Positions 8,456-18,083 of a stretch of 64,000 nucleotides of DNA are shown in pieces. A program made the translations under genes and the position numbers. Each line of letters begins with the position of its first letter. Positions within the stretch are counted from its first letter, which is position 1. The notes under the pieces are model-generated. The model worked only from the letters and a program-made list of their open reading frames with translations, was not told the DNA's origin and made no database searches. The stretch covers positions 26,350-90,349 of the forward strand of contig CAYXJO010000002.1 in the NCBI GenBank assembly GCA_964465205.1, given 5' to 3'. This stretch comes from an uncultured Gammaproteobacteria bacterium (lineage in GTDB: Bacteria > Patescibacteriota > Patescibacteriia > Magasanikbacterales > GWA2-37-8).

Positions 8456-11400
8456 ATGCCCGTATTCAAACGTCAGCCGCTCAAAACACAAGAGCGCCAA
8501 TATTTTACCAAGAATCTCAACGCCATGGCGTTGCCGAACTTGGTAGAGATCCAGCGCAATTCGTATGATTGGTTTTTGAAATTCGGCGTCAAAGAATTAT
8601 TTGACGAAGTTTCTCCAATCACGGATTTCTCTGGCCGCGATTTGGAACTGTATTTGGAAGATTATTATTTGGATGAACCGCGTTTCGACGAGGTGACTTG
8701 TCGTACTCGTAATATTACTTTCGAAGCACCTCTGCGCATTACCGCTCGTCTGCTCAACAAACGCACCAATGCCAGCAAATCCCAAGAAATTTATTTGGGC
8801 GATGTGCCGATGATGACCAATCGTGGTACCTTTATTGTGAACGGTATCGAACGTGTGGTGGTATCCCAGCTTATTCGTAGCGCCGGTGCTTTTTTTACTG
8901 CCGAGACTGTCCGCGGTCGCCGTTTCTATGGCGCCAAAATTATTCCGAATCGCGGTGCTTGGCTTGAAATCGAAACCGACCAAAGCAATGTAATGTGGGT
9001 GAAGGTTGATCGCAAACGCAAGGTGGCGGTGACATCTTTGCTGCGCGCTTTTGGTATGCAAACCGATGAAGAGTTGCGCGCCGCCGTAGCCGATGTGAAT
9101 AAACATCCGACCATTGATTACATGGAGGCTACCATCAAAAAAGATGTGGCCCATAATATGGATGAAGGTTTGATTGAAGTTTACAAACGCATTCGTCCGG
9201 GCGATCTGGCAACAGCCGATAACGCCAAATCACTTATCTATGCGATGTTCTTCAATTTTGATCGCTATGATTTGGGCAAAGTCGGTGTTTACAAATTCAA
9301 TACCAAATTTGATCTTAATTATTCTGACGAAGATTACGACAAAAAAGATAATCGAGTTTTGTCTTTGGAGAAATTATTGTTGGTGGTAAAAGAAGTGATT
9401 CGTCTCAATGTGACTCAAGAAGAAGCCGATGATGTGGATCATCTTGGCAACCGCCGCGTGCGCGCGGTGGGTGAGCTAGTACAGAATCGTTTTCGTGTCG
9501 GTTTGGCTCGTATGGAACGTATCGTCAAAGACCGCATGAGCACCTATGCTATCGAGGAATTGAATCCGAATAAATTGGTGAATGCGCGTCCGGTGACCAG
9601 TGCGATTCGTGAGTTTTTCATGAGTTCGCAGATGTCACAGTTCATGGATCAAACCAACCCGTTGTCTGAACTCGAACACAAACGTCGTCTCTCGGCCTTG
9701 GGCCCAGGCGGTTTGTCTCGTGATCGTGCTGGCTTCGAAGTGCGCGATGTGCATACTACCCACTATGGTCGCATTTGTCCGATTGCCACTCCAGAAGGTC
9801 CGAACATTGGTTTGGTAAACCATTTGTCTAGTTTTGCCCGCATCAATGAATTTGGTTTTATTGAAACTCCTTATCGTAAAATTCTCAAAGAAGTAGAAAA
9901 CAAAGCCGAGCTCACCGAAGGCGAAATTTTGCGTGGTGATATTGAAGGTATAAAGGATGGTACTTTGATTACCAAAGAAGTCGCCGCCAAACTTGCCAAA
10001 GCCAAATTACAAAAAATTCCGGTGCGTCCACGCATGACTTCCGAAATTATTTATCTCAACTCTTTCCGCGAAGAAAAAGTGATCACTGCCGCCGCGACTG
10101 TAAAGACCGACGACAAAGGTTATTTCTTGGACGAGGCGGTACCGGCCCGTTTGCATGGCAACCCGGGCGTAGCCACTGTGGATCAGTTGGATTATATCGA
10201 TGTGGCCTCTTCACAAGTAGTTAGTGTGGCCACTTCCTGTATTCCATTTTTGGAACATGATGACGCCACCCGCGCTCTCATGGGCACCAACATGCAGCGC
10301 CAGGCAGTACCTTGTATCCACCCCGAGCCACCGCTCGTCGGCACTGGTGTGGAACGCGAAGCGGCCAATTATACCGGCCAACAAGTGATGGCCGATGAAG
10401 ATGGTGAAATTACTGAAGTGGATGGCGCTCATATAGTACTCACTTCCAAAAAAGGAAATAAATATACTTATAATTTAAATAAATTTGTTCGCTCCAATGC
10501 CTCCACTTGTATCAATCAACAGATTTTGGTGCAATTGGGAGATAAAGTAAAAAAAGGCCAGGCTTTGTCCACCGGCCCGTGCGTGGCTAATGGTGAAGTT
10601 TCGGTTGGTCAGAATGTTTTGGTGGCCTATATGGCTTGGGACGGCTTCAACTATGAAGACGCGGTGATCGTTTCCGAACGTGTGGTCCAAAAAGATCGCT
10701 ATACTTCTATTCACATCGAAGACTACACCACTGATGTACGAAACCAAGTTGGGTCCGGAAGTGGTGACCGGCGACATCCCAAATGTCAGTGAAGAAAAAT
10801 TGAAAAATCTCGACAGCGAAGGCATCGTCCGTATTGGTGCCGAAGTAAAATCCGGCGACATCTTGGTGGGTAAAATTACTCCCAAAGGTGAAACCGAATT
10901 ATCCGCCGAAGAAAGATTGCTCCGTGCCATCTTTGGTGAAAAAGCGCGCGACGTCCGCGATTCATCTTTGTATTTGGAACACGGCGAACACGGCAAAGTA
11001 ATTGGTATTCAAATCTTCTCTGCCGAAAATGGCGACAAACTCGAACCGGGTATCATCAAGCAGGTTCAGGTCAAAGTAGCTGATATGCGCAAAATTCAAG
11101 TCGGCGACAAGATGGCCGGCCGTCATGGTAACAAAGGTGTAATTTCGCGCGTAGTACCAGCCGAAGACATGCCGTTTTTGGAAGACGGTACTCCGATCGA
11201 CATTATTTTGTCACCGCTCGGCGTTATTTCTCGTATGAACCTGGGGCAGCTGCTCGAGACTCATTTGGGTCTGGCCGCCAACGCCCTTGGCTACAAAGTA
11301 GCCACTCCGGTGCTCAATGGTATCAATGAAGAACAAATTCGTGCCGAGCTCGAAAAAGCTGGATTGCCGGTAGATGGCCAAATGCAATTATACGATGGTC

Positions 11401-11867
11401 GCACCGGTGAAGCTTTTGATACCAAGACTACAGTTGGCTACAATTACATGCTCAAACTCAACCACATGGTGGAAGATAAAATCCATCAACGTTCTATCGG
11501 TCCGTACAGTCTTATCACTCAACAACCGCTTGGTGGTAAAGCGCAGTTTGGTGGCCAGCGTTTTGGTGAAATGGAAGTTTGGGCCATCGAGGCTTATGGT
11601 GCCGCTCATACTTTGCAGGAAATTTTGACTATTAAATCCGACGATGTGCCTGGTCGCTCCAAAGCCTACGAAGCAATCATCAAGGGCGAGCAAATCAGTC
11701 GCGTCAATTTACCGGAATCATTTAATGTATTAGTGCGAGAGCTCAAAGGTTTGGGTCTGGATGTGGAGCTGCTCAAACGTAGCGAATCGGGCGAGTATGT
11801 CCTGGCGAGTACTCTAGCCGAACAACAAAAGGTCGAAGCCGGAGAAAATACGGAAGAACAGAAATAA
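8456..11867 (+). CDS. rpoB: RNA polymerase beta subunit RpoB, interrupted by an apparent +1 frameshift near 10739-10742 (ORFs 8456..10792 and 10680..11867)
   Basis: Both ORFs show RpoB homology. Frame 1 gives ...[10 protein letters not shown] then junk to a stop. Frame 2 resumes [19 protein letters not shown]..., the conserved continuation. One extra base at the cgaaacc site (or 2 nt missing) explains the split. Confidence 0.85.
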
Positions 11868-11895
11868 TTAATCACTAATCATTAATTATAAATAT

Positions 11896-14800
11896 ATGAA
11901 TCGCGATACTCTTCACTCTCTCGACTTCGATGCCATTCGTTTACGTGTTGCCTCTCCTGAGGCGATTCGTGCTTGGTCTTTTGGCGAAGTGGACAAACCG
12001 GAAACTATTAACTACCGCACTCAGAAACCGGAAAAAGGTGGTTTGTTTGCCGAAGAAATTTTTGGTCCGACCAAAGACTGGGAATGTTACTGCGGAAAAT
12101 ACAAAAAAATTCGTTACAAAGGAATCGTCTGCGACAAGTGCGGCGTGGAAGTAACCACTTCGCTCGTTCGTCGCGAACGCATGGGTCATATTGAGCTCGC
12201 CGCTCCGGTCACTCATATTTGGTTCTTGCGCTCCGTGCCTTCCAAGATCGGTTTGGTATTGGATTTATCCGTACAGGCTTTGGAGAAAGTAATTTATTTC
12301 GCTTCTTTTGTAATCACACATGTGGATGAGGCCGGCCGGAAACAAACTGTCGAACTGTTGCGTCAAGAATATAAATCCAAACGTAAACAAATTGACAAAG
12401 AATTTGAAACCAAAGTAAAAGAATTGAATGACGGTAAAGCTTCCGCCGAAGCGCTTGAACTGGCCCAACAAGATGCCGATCGTAAACGCGCTGCACTCGA
12501 CGAAGATTTCCAACAAGCCGACAAGGAGCTCAAAGAATTGCAAGTCATGAAAATTGTTTCCGAAAATAAATATCAGGAGCTGTCTTTGCGCTACGGCCAT
12601 CTGTTCGAAGCCGGCATCGGCGCCGAAGCGGTGCGCGGACTTCTCGAACGCGTGAATATTGACGAAACCATCAAGAAATTAATCGAGGAACAGGCCAATG
12701 CCAAGGGTTCCAAGTTGGAACGTATTATCCGCCGCAAGAAATTACTCAAGAGTTTGGCGAAAAATGACATTCGTCCGGAATGGATGATTATGAAAAATAT
12801 TCCGGTGATTCCACCGGATCTGCGCCCGATGGTCGCGCTCGATGGCGGTCGTTTTGCTACTTCCGATCTCAACGATTTGTATCGTCGTGTTATCAACCGC
12901 AACAACCGTTTGGCGCGTTTGCTTGAACTCGATGCTCCGGAAGTTATTTGTCGCAATGAAAAACGCATGTTGCAAGAAGCGGTGGATGCGCTTATCGATA
13001 ATAACGCGCGCCACAGCAAGACAGTGCTTGCCGCTACCGGTCAAAAGCGCCAATTGCGCTCACTCGCGGATATTCTCAAAGGTAAACAAGGCCGTTTCCG
13101 TCAGAATTTGCTTGGCAAACGCGTAGACTACTCCGGTCGTAGTGTGATTGTGGTGGGTCCGACCCTCAATATTGATGAGTGCGGTTTGCCCAAACGCATG
13201 GCGCTCGAACTTTTCAAACCGTTTATCATGGCCGAAATCATCAAACGCGAACTTGCTCACAATGTGCGCAGTGCCAGTCGTTATATTGAAGCCGAACATG
13301 ATGAAGTGTGGGATATCCTAGAAGAGCTCACCAAAAATACCCGCGTGTTACTCAACCGCGCTCCGACTTTGCATCGTTTGGGTATTCAGGCTTTTCACCC
13401 CCGTCTTGTAGAAGGTAAAGCTATCCAGCTTCATCCGCTTACTTGTACTGCTTTCAACGCCGACTTCGATGGTGATCAGATGGCTGTGCATTTACCACTT
13501 ACTGCCGAGGCGCGTTGGGAAGCAGACAATCTCATGGCTTCCGAAAAGAACTTGCTCAAACCAGCTACCGGTCAACCAGTGATTACTCCGAACCAAGATA
13601 TCGTACTCGGTGCCTATTATCTTACTCGTTATCACAGCTCTGATACTGCCGAAGTAAAGAAATTTTATTCCTGCGAACAAGAAGCCAAATTAGCCTATAA
13701 AAGCCGCGTGATTGGTTTGCATGAACGTATCAAAGTGCGTTTCACCAACATGGATAAATTCCCGGAAGGCACTTCGCATTTGGTAGAAACTTCGGTAGGT
13801 CGTTTGATTTTCAACGAAGTGATCCCGAGCAAACTACCATATTACAATGAACCGATTACCAAGAAAAAATTAGGTCAAATCATTTCATTGCATTTGGAAA
13901 TGTACGGCCAACAGGACACCGCATTTTTTGCCGATGCTCTCAAAAATTTGTGCTTCAAATATATTACCAAATCCGGTTACTCCATTGGCGCCGGTATGTT
14001 TGGCAGAATTGGCGACAAAGCCGATATCTTGGCCGAAGGTGATGTGTCGGTGCGTGAAACCGAACAACAATATCAAGAAGGTTTGCTTACTCAAAGTGAA
14101 CGCCATTCCAAGATTTTGGAAATTTGGACTGATGTAAAAGATCGAGTAGTCGCCAAAAGTCAGGACACGCTCAATAAAGACACCTCTGTATTCGCCATGA
14201 TTGATTCTGGTGCGCGTGGTACTTTGGGACAGCTTGGCCAGATGGTCGGTATGAAAGGTCTCGTAGTGTCTCCGTCCGGTGACATTATCGAGTTGCCAGT
14301 AAAAGGCAACTTCAAAGAAGGTTTTGACGTGATTGAATATTTCATTTCTTCGCACGGTACCCGTAAGGGTCTTTCGGACACCGCCTTGCGTACTGCGAAC
14401 GCCGGTTACCTTACTCGTCGTTTGGTGGATGTGTCGCAAGATGTGGTAGTACTTGAAGAAGATTGTGGTGATGATATTGGTGAAGTGTTTACCATTGCTC
14501 AATCCAAAGAAATGGGTGAAAAATTGGCCGATCGTGTCTGGGGTCGTTATGTGATGGCCGATGTAAAAATTGGTAACAAGGTTTTGCTCAAAGCCGGTGA
14601 TGTGATTGACGAGAAGATCGCCCGTTCTATCGAAGAAAACAAAGTGGATAATATTCATGTACGTTCGGTTTTGCAATGTCGTCTGCCCAAAGGCGTGTGC
14701 CGCAAGTGTTATGGTTTTGATTTGGCACACAACAAACCGGCCGAATATGGTGCCGCAGTCGGTATTATCGCCGCCCAATCCATCGGTGAGCCGGGTACGC

Positions 14801-15768
14801 AGCTTACTTTGCGCACCTTCCATGCCGGCGGTGTCGTCGGTGGTGATATTACCCAAGGTTTGCCACGCGTAGAAGAGCTATTCGAATGCCGCGCTCCCAA
14901 ACATCAGGCGGTTTTGGCCGATGTAGAAGGTAAAGTAGAAATCGAAGATGCTGATGGCAAAATCGTGACTTCGCCGACCGGCAAGAAAATCTTCGAAGGC
15001 CGCAGAGGACAAAAAATTGTCCGCGTACACTTCGAAGGCATGGATGAAATGAAAACCAAATTGAAATCCGAAGACGAAGTGATGGTAAAAAATGGCGATA
15101 ATGTTATCAAAGACACTGTGCTTATCGTACGCGGCGCTTCGGGTGAAGAAGTAATTGCCAAATACGATGGCCAAGTGAAAATTGAGAAAAATAATTTCAC
15201 TTTGTCTTATGTTGGTCCGAAAGTGCGCGAATATATTATACCGCTCGGTTATAAATTGTATGTAAAGAGCGGTGAAGAGGTGAAAAAAGGCGACCAGATG
15301 ACTGATGGTTCTATTCACTTGCAAGAATTATTTGAACTCAAGGGGCGCGCTGCGGTACAACGTTATATTTTGCAAGAAGTACAGAATATTTATTCTTCTC
15401 AAGGTCAGAAAGTAAACGATAAACACGTAGAACTTCTCATTAAACAGATGTTTAGTCGTGTGTACGTAGAAGATGCCGGCGACACCGATTTGTTGCCGGG
15501 TGAAGTGGTAGAACGCGCTCAAGTTGACTACGCTAATCGTTTGGCGAAAAAAGAAGGTGGCAAATTAGCCACCGTGCGTGAATTGCTACTTGGTATTTCT
15601 CGTGTCGCTTTGTCCACCCAGAGTTTCTTATCAGCCGCTTCGTTCCAAGAGACTGCCAAGGTTTTGATCAACACTGCCATCACTGGTAAGATTGATTACC
15701 TCGAAGGTCTCAAAGAAAACGTGATTATCGGCAGATTGATTCCAGCTGGTACCGGGTTTAAACAATAA
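11896..15768 (+). CDS. rpoC: RNA polymerase beta' subunit RpoC
   Basis: 1290 aa with zinc finger CYCGKYKKIRYKGIVCDKCG, the NADFDGD catalytic motif, and trigger loop/bridge helix regions. Confidence 0.97.
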   Translation: MNRDTLHSLDFDAIRLRVASPEAIRAWSFGEVDKPETINYRTQKPEKGGLFAEEIFGPTKDWECYCGKYKKIRYKGIVCDKCGVEVTTSLVRRERMGHIELAAPVTHIWFLRSVPSKIGLVLDLSVQALEKVIYFASFVITHVDEAGRKQTVELLRQEYKSKRKQIDKEFETKVKELNDGKASAEALELAQQDADRKRAALDEDFQQADKELKELQVMKIVSENKYQELSLRYGHLFEAGIGAEAVRGLLERVNIDETIKKLIEEQANAKGSKLERIIRRKKLLKSLAKNDIRPEWMIMKNIPVIPPDLRPMVALDGGRFATSDLNDLYRRVINRNNRLARLLELDAPEVICRNEKRMLQEAVDALIDNNARHSKTVLAATGQKRQLRSLADILKGKQGRFRQNLLGKRVDYSGRSVIVVGPTLNIDECGLPKRMALELFKPFIMAEIIKRELAHNVRSASRYIEAEHDEVWDILEELTKNTRVLLNRAPTLHRLGIQAFHPRLVEGKAIQLHPLTCTAFNADFDGDQMAVHLPLTAEARWEADNLMASEKNLLKPATGQPVITPNQDIVLGAYYLTRYHSSDTAEVKKFYSCEQEAKLAYKSRVIGLHERIKVRFTNMDKFPEGTSHLVETSVGRLIFNEVIPSKLPYYNEPITKKKLGQIISLHLEMYGQQDTAFFADALKNLCFKYITKSGYSIGAGMFGRIGDKADILAEGDVSVRETEQQYQEGLLTQSERHSKILEIWTDVKDRVVAKSQDTLNKDTSVFAMIDSGARGTLGQLGQMVGMKGLVVSPSGDIIELPVKGNFKEGFDVIEYFISSHGTRKGLSDTALRTANAGYLTRRLVDVSQDVVVLEEDCGDDIGEVFTIAQSKEMGEKLADRVWGRYVMADVKIGNKVLLKAGDVIDEKIARSIEENKVDNIHVRSVLQCRLPKGVCRKCYGFDLAHNKPAEYGAAVGIIAAQSIGEPGTQLTLRTFHAGGVVGGDITQGLPRVEELFECRAPKHQAVLADVEGKVEIEDADGKIVTSPTGKKIFEGRRGQKIVRVHFEGMDEMKTKLKSEDEVMVKNGDNVIKDTVLIVRGASGEEVIAKYDGQVKIEKNNFTLSYVGPKVREYIIPLGYKLYVKSGEEVKKGDQMTDGSIHLQELFELKGRAAVQRYILQEVQNIYSSQGQKVNDKHVELLIKQMFSRVYVEDAGDTDLLPGEVVERAQVDYANRLAKKEGGKLATVRELLLGISRVALSTQSFLSAASFQETAKVLINTAITGKIDYLEGLKENVIIGRLIPAGTGFKQ

Positions 15769-15906
15769 GTGATTAAAAAACCGGCCTAGTAGTATAATAA
15801 TTTTCTGGCGGCCAGACTTGCCCTATCGGGCTACGCCCCGCGTGGCGGGGTGCGATGGCCGCTGGCGAAAATTATTATCTACTTCGGTCGGTTTTTTGTT
15901 AGCATA

Positions 15907-15932
15907 AAAAATCCGCACCTTACGGCGCGGAG
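15907..15932 (-). terminator. Hairpin tccgcgcc..ggtgcgga + U-run on minus strand, downstream of the 15961..16347 gene
   Basis: Inverted repeat with one mismatch followed by TTTTTT on the minus strand. Confidence 0.4.
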
Positions 15933-15960
15933 AGTGGTTCAGTACTTGATCTTGCAAGTT

Positions 15961-16347
15961 TTATTTGCCAAAGAACATGTCTTGGCTCTCTTTAATAAAT
16001 TCATAAAACTTTGTCTGGAGCTCGATGAAGACCGGGTTGGAGAACTGTTCGTCAGTCGGTATCGATTCGGCTTCGATTACCGCCCAGACTGTTTTTTCCA
16101 ACAATTCGATGAACTTGGCTTGGGTCTGTTCATCGAATTGACCCGGTTCGATATCGAATTGGTAGAATACATCCTCGCCCATGTGAATTACGAAACGGTC
16201 GAGGAAGCCGCGTTTTTGTAAAGCTTCATTGGCAATGGCGTCGTATTCTTCCTGGGTGAGCTGAGTGGGTACTTTTGTGACAAAGAACTTAAACGCGTAA
16301 TGGTATTCGAAATGATTGTCCTGGAATTGGATTGCTAGAAATGGCAT
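15961..16347 (-). CDS. Hypothetical acidic protein (128 aa)
   Basis: ORF with SD (aagggag) 8 nt upstream. No family recognised. Confidence 0.55.
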   Translation of the reverse strand: MPFLAIQFQDNHFEYHYAFKFFVTKVPTQLTQEEYDAIANEALQKRGFLDRFVIHMGEDVFYQFDIEPGQFDEQTQAKFIELLEKTVWAVIEAESIPTDEQFSNPVFIELQTKFYEFIKESQDMFFGK

Positions 16348-16440
16348 GGGCGTTCTCCCTTCTCTTCAGTAACACTTTTTTTGTTTAGAAGCTTCTGCGC
16401 ACTTACTAACGTGCAGGTAGTTTGGCATGAATAATCAATC

Positions 16441-16469
16441 TTGTCAAGGTTTTGTCCATCTGGTATAAT
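16441..16469 (+). promoter_or_regulatory. Promoter TTGTCA-N17-TATAAT for yebC-ruvC
   Basis: Read from the sequence. Leader contains ctaaaataagccaaa, which is also found upstream of rpoB. Confidence 0.5.
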
Positions 16470-16499
16470 TATTTTGTCTAAAATAAGCCAAATAAACGT

Positions 16500-17231
16500 A
16501 TGTCTGGTCACAGTAAATGGCACAATATCCAAGCCCGAAAAGGCAAACAGGATGCGGCCAAAAGTAATGTTTTTTCTAAATACGCCAAACAAATTATGGT
16601 TGTGGCGCGCGCGGGTGGGGGAGATCCAACTGCGAATTTTTCGTTGCGTCTGCTAATCGACAAATCCAAAGCTGCTGGTATGCCCAAAGATAATATCGAA
16701 CGTGCAATCAAACGCGGTACCGGCGAATCAAATGATGGCGTGCAAATGGAAGAGGCCTTGTACGAAGCGTTCGGACCGGGTGGTACCGCTATACTCATCA
16801 AATCAATTACCGACAACAAAAATCGCGCGAGTTCGGAGATTAAACATATTATCAGCACTCACGGTGGTAATATGGGTGGTGCGGGAAGTGTGCAGTGGAT
16901 GTTTGGCCAGTGGGGGGTGATAGTATTTGCCAAAAATAAAATTGCCGAAAAGAATTTGAACGAAGAAGATTTGCAAATGCAATTGATTGAAGCGGGCGCG
17001 GAGGATATTATTGTTGATGAGGAAATTGAAATCAAAACCAAAGTAGAAAATTTACAAAAAGTTTTATTGAAATTAAAAGAATTTGGCATGGAACCAGATG
17101 AGTCTGGTATTGGGTGGGTCGCTAAAGATAAGGTGGTAGTAGATGACTCCGCTCAAAATAAATTGGAATCAATATTTTCCGCTTTTGAAGACAACGACGA
17201 CGTAGATGACTATTGGACTAATGCCGAATAA
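16500..17231 (+). CDS. YebC/PmpR (TACO1) family transcriptional regulatory protein
   Basis: MSGHSKWHNIQARKGKQDAAKSNVFSKYAKQI... is the DUF28 signature. Conserved yebC-ruvC gene pair. Confidence 0.9.
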   Translation: MSGHSKWHNIQARKGKQDAAKSNVFSKYAKQIMVVARAGGGDPTANFSLRLLIDKSKAAGMPKDNIERAIKRGTGESNDGVQMEEALYEAFGPGGTAILIKSITDNKNRASSEIKHIISTHGGNMGGAGSVQWMFGQWGVIVFAKNKIAEKNLNEEDLQMQLIEAGAEDIIVDEEIEIKTKVENLQKVLLKLKEFGMEPDESGIGWVAKDKVVVDDSAQNKLESIFSAFEDNDDVDDYWTNAE

Positions 17232-17233
17232 CT

Positions 17234-17749
17234 ATGTCAAAATCAGAAATCGTCTTGGGCATTGATCCTGGCTTCGGTCGGGTAGGATACGGGCTGGTCG
17301 AGCGCGGCGGACGCAATGATTGGCATGCGCTTGATTGGGGTTGTATCGAAACTTCTCCCAAAAAAGAATTTGTGGAACGCCTGCAAGAAATTTGTGATGC
17401 GGTCACTGCGCTCATAAAAAAATATCAACCGGAGATTATCGCCGTCGAAGAATTATTTTTTTTCAAAAATGTTACTACGGCTATTCAGGTTGGCCAAGCG
17501 CGTGGTGTGATACTGCTCGCCGGGGTCCAGGCTGGTCTGAAAATTTGTGAATTCACTCCCCTACAAGTCAAACAATCGCTCACCGGCTATGGTCGGGCGG
17601 AAAAAGCCCAGATGCAAAAGATGGTAGCCATGCTTTTGGGTATAAAGGGTAAAATTAAATCCGACGATGCCGCCGACGCCCTAGCGATTGCTCTGGCGGC
17701 TGGTCAGACAGCCCGTTTTGAGCGACGTGTAGCCAAATCTTGTCGCTAG
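17234..17749 (+). CDS. ruvC: Holliday junction resolvase RuvC
   Basis: LGIDPGFGRVGYGLVE N-terminus and catalytic acidic residues. Size is 171 aa. Confidence 0.9.
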   Translation: MSKSEIVLGIDPGFGRVGYGLVERGGRNDWHALDWGCIETSPKKEFVERLQEICDAVTALIKKYQPEIIAVEELFFFKNVTTAIQVGQARGVILLAGVQAGLKICEFTPLQVKQSLTGYGRAEKAQMQKMVAMLLGIKGKIKSDDAADALAIALAAGQTARFERRVAKSCR

Positions 17750-17777
17750 GTAAAAACAATTAAGTTATCCACACCGG

Positions 17778-17808
17778 CCACGCTTAGTGGCCGGTGTTTT
17801 TTATGGTA
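17778..17808 (+). terminator. Rho-independent terminator after ruvC (acaccggccac..gtggccggtgt + TTTTTT)
   Basis: Perfect 11-bp stem with T-run. Confidence 0.6.
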
Positions 17809-17830
17809 TAATAAAACCGGTCTAATTCTA

Positions 17831-17848
17831 TATATTGATATCAATATA
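17831..17848 (+). promoter_or_regulatory. 18-bp perfect palindrome TATATTGATATCAATATA overlapping the promoter/leader of the XRE gene; candidate autoregulatory operator
   Basis: Perfect dyad read from the sequence, just downstream of an extended -10 (tggtataat). Confidence 0.45.
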
Positions 17849-17868
17849 TTGATAGAATAAATCAGCCT

Positions 17869-18081
17869 ATGAACCCTGGCGGAGGACAGCTGGGAGCCAA
17901 TATAAAACGAATCCGACTCGAGAAAGGAATCTCGCAAGAAGCTTTGGCACGCAAGGCTGATTTAAAGTTGTCGAATTTGGCAAAGGTCGAAGGTGGATTT
18001 AATAGCAATCCCACGTTGCAGACACTGACCGCGATCGCGAATGTTTTGACCGGCGGCAGTATTGATCGATTGCTAAAATAG
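17869..18081 (+). CDS. XRE-family helix-turn-helix transcriptional regulator (70 aa)
   Basis: IKRIRLEKGISQEALARKADLKLSNLAKVEGG is a classic HTH_3. Its stop lies 2 nt before the giant-gene ATG. Confidence 0.75.
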   Translation: MNPGGGQLGANIKRIRLEKGISQEALARKADLKLSNLAKVEGGFNSNPTLQTLTAIANVLTGGSIDRLLK

Positions 18082-18083
18082 AT

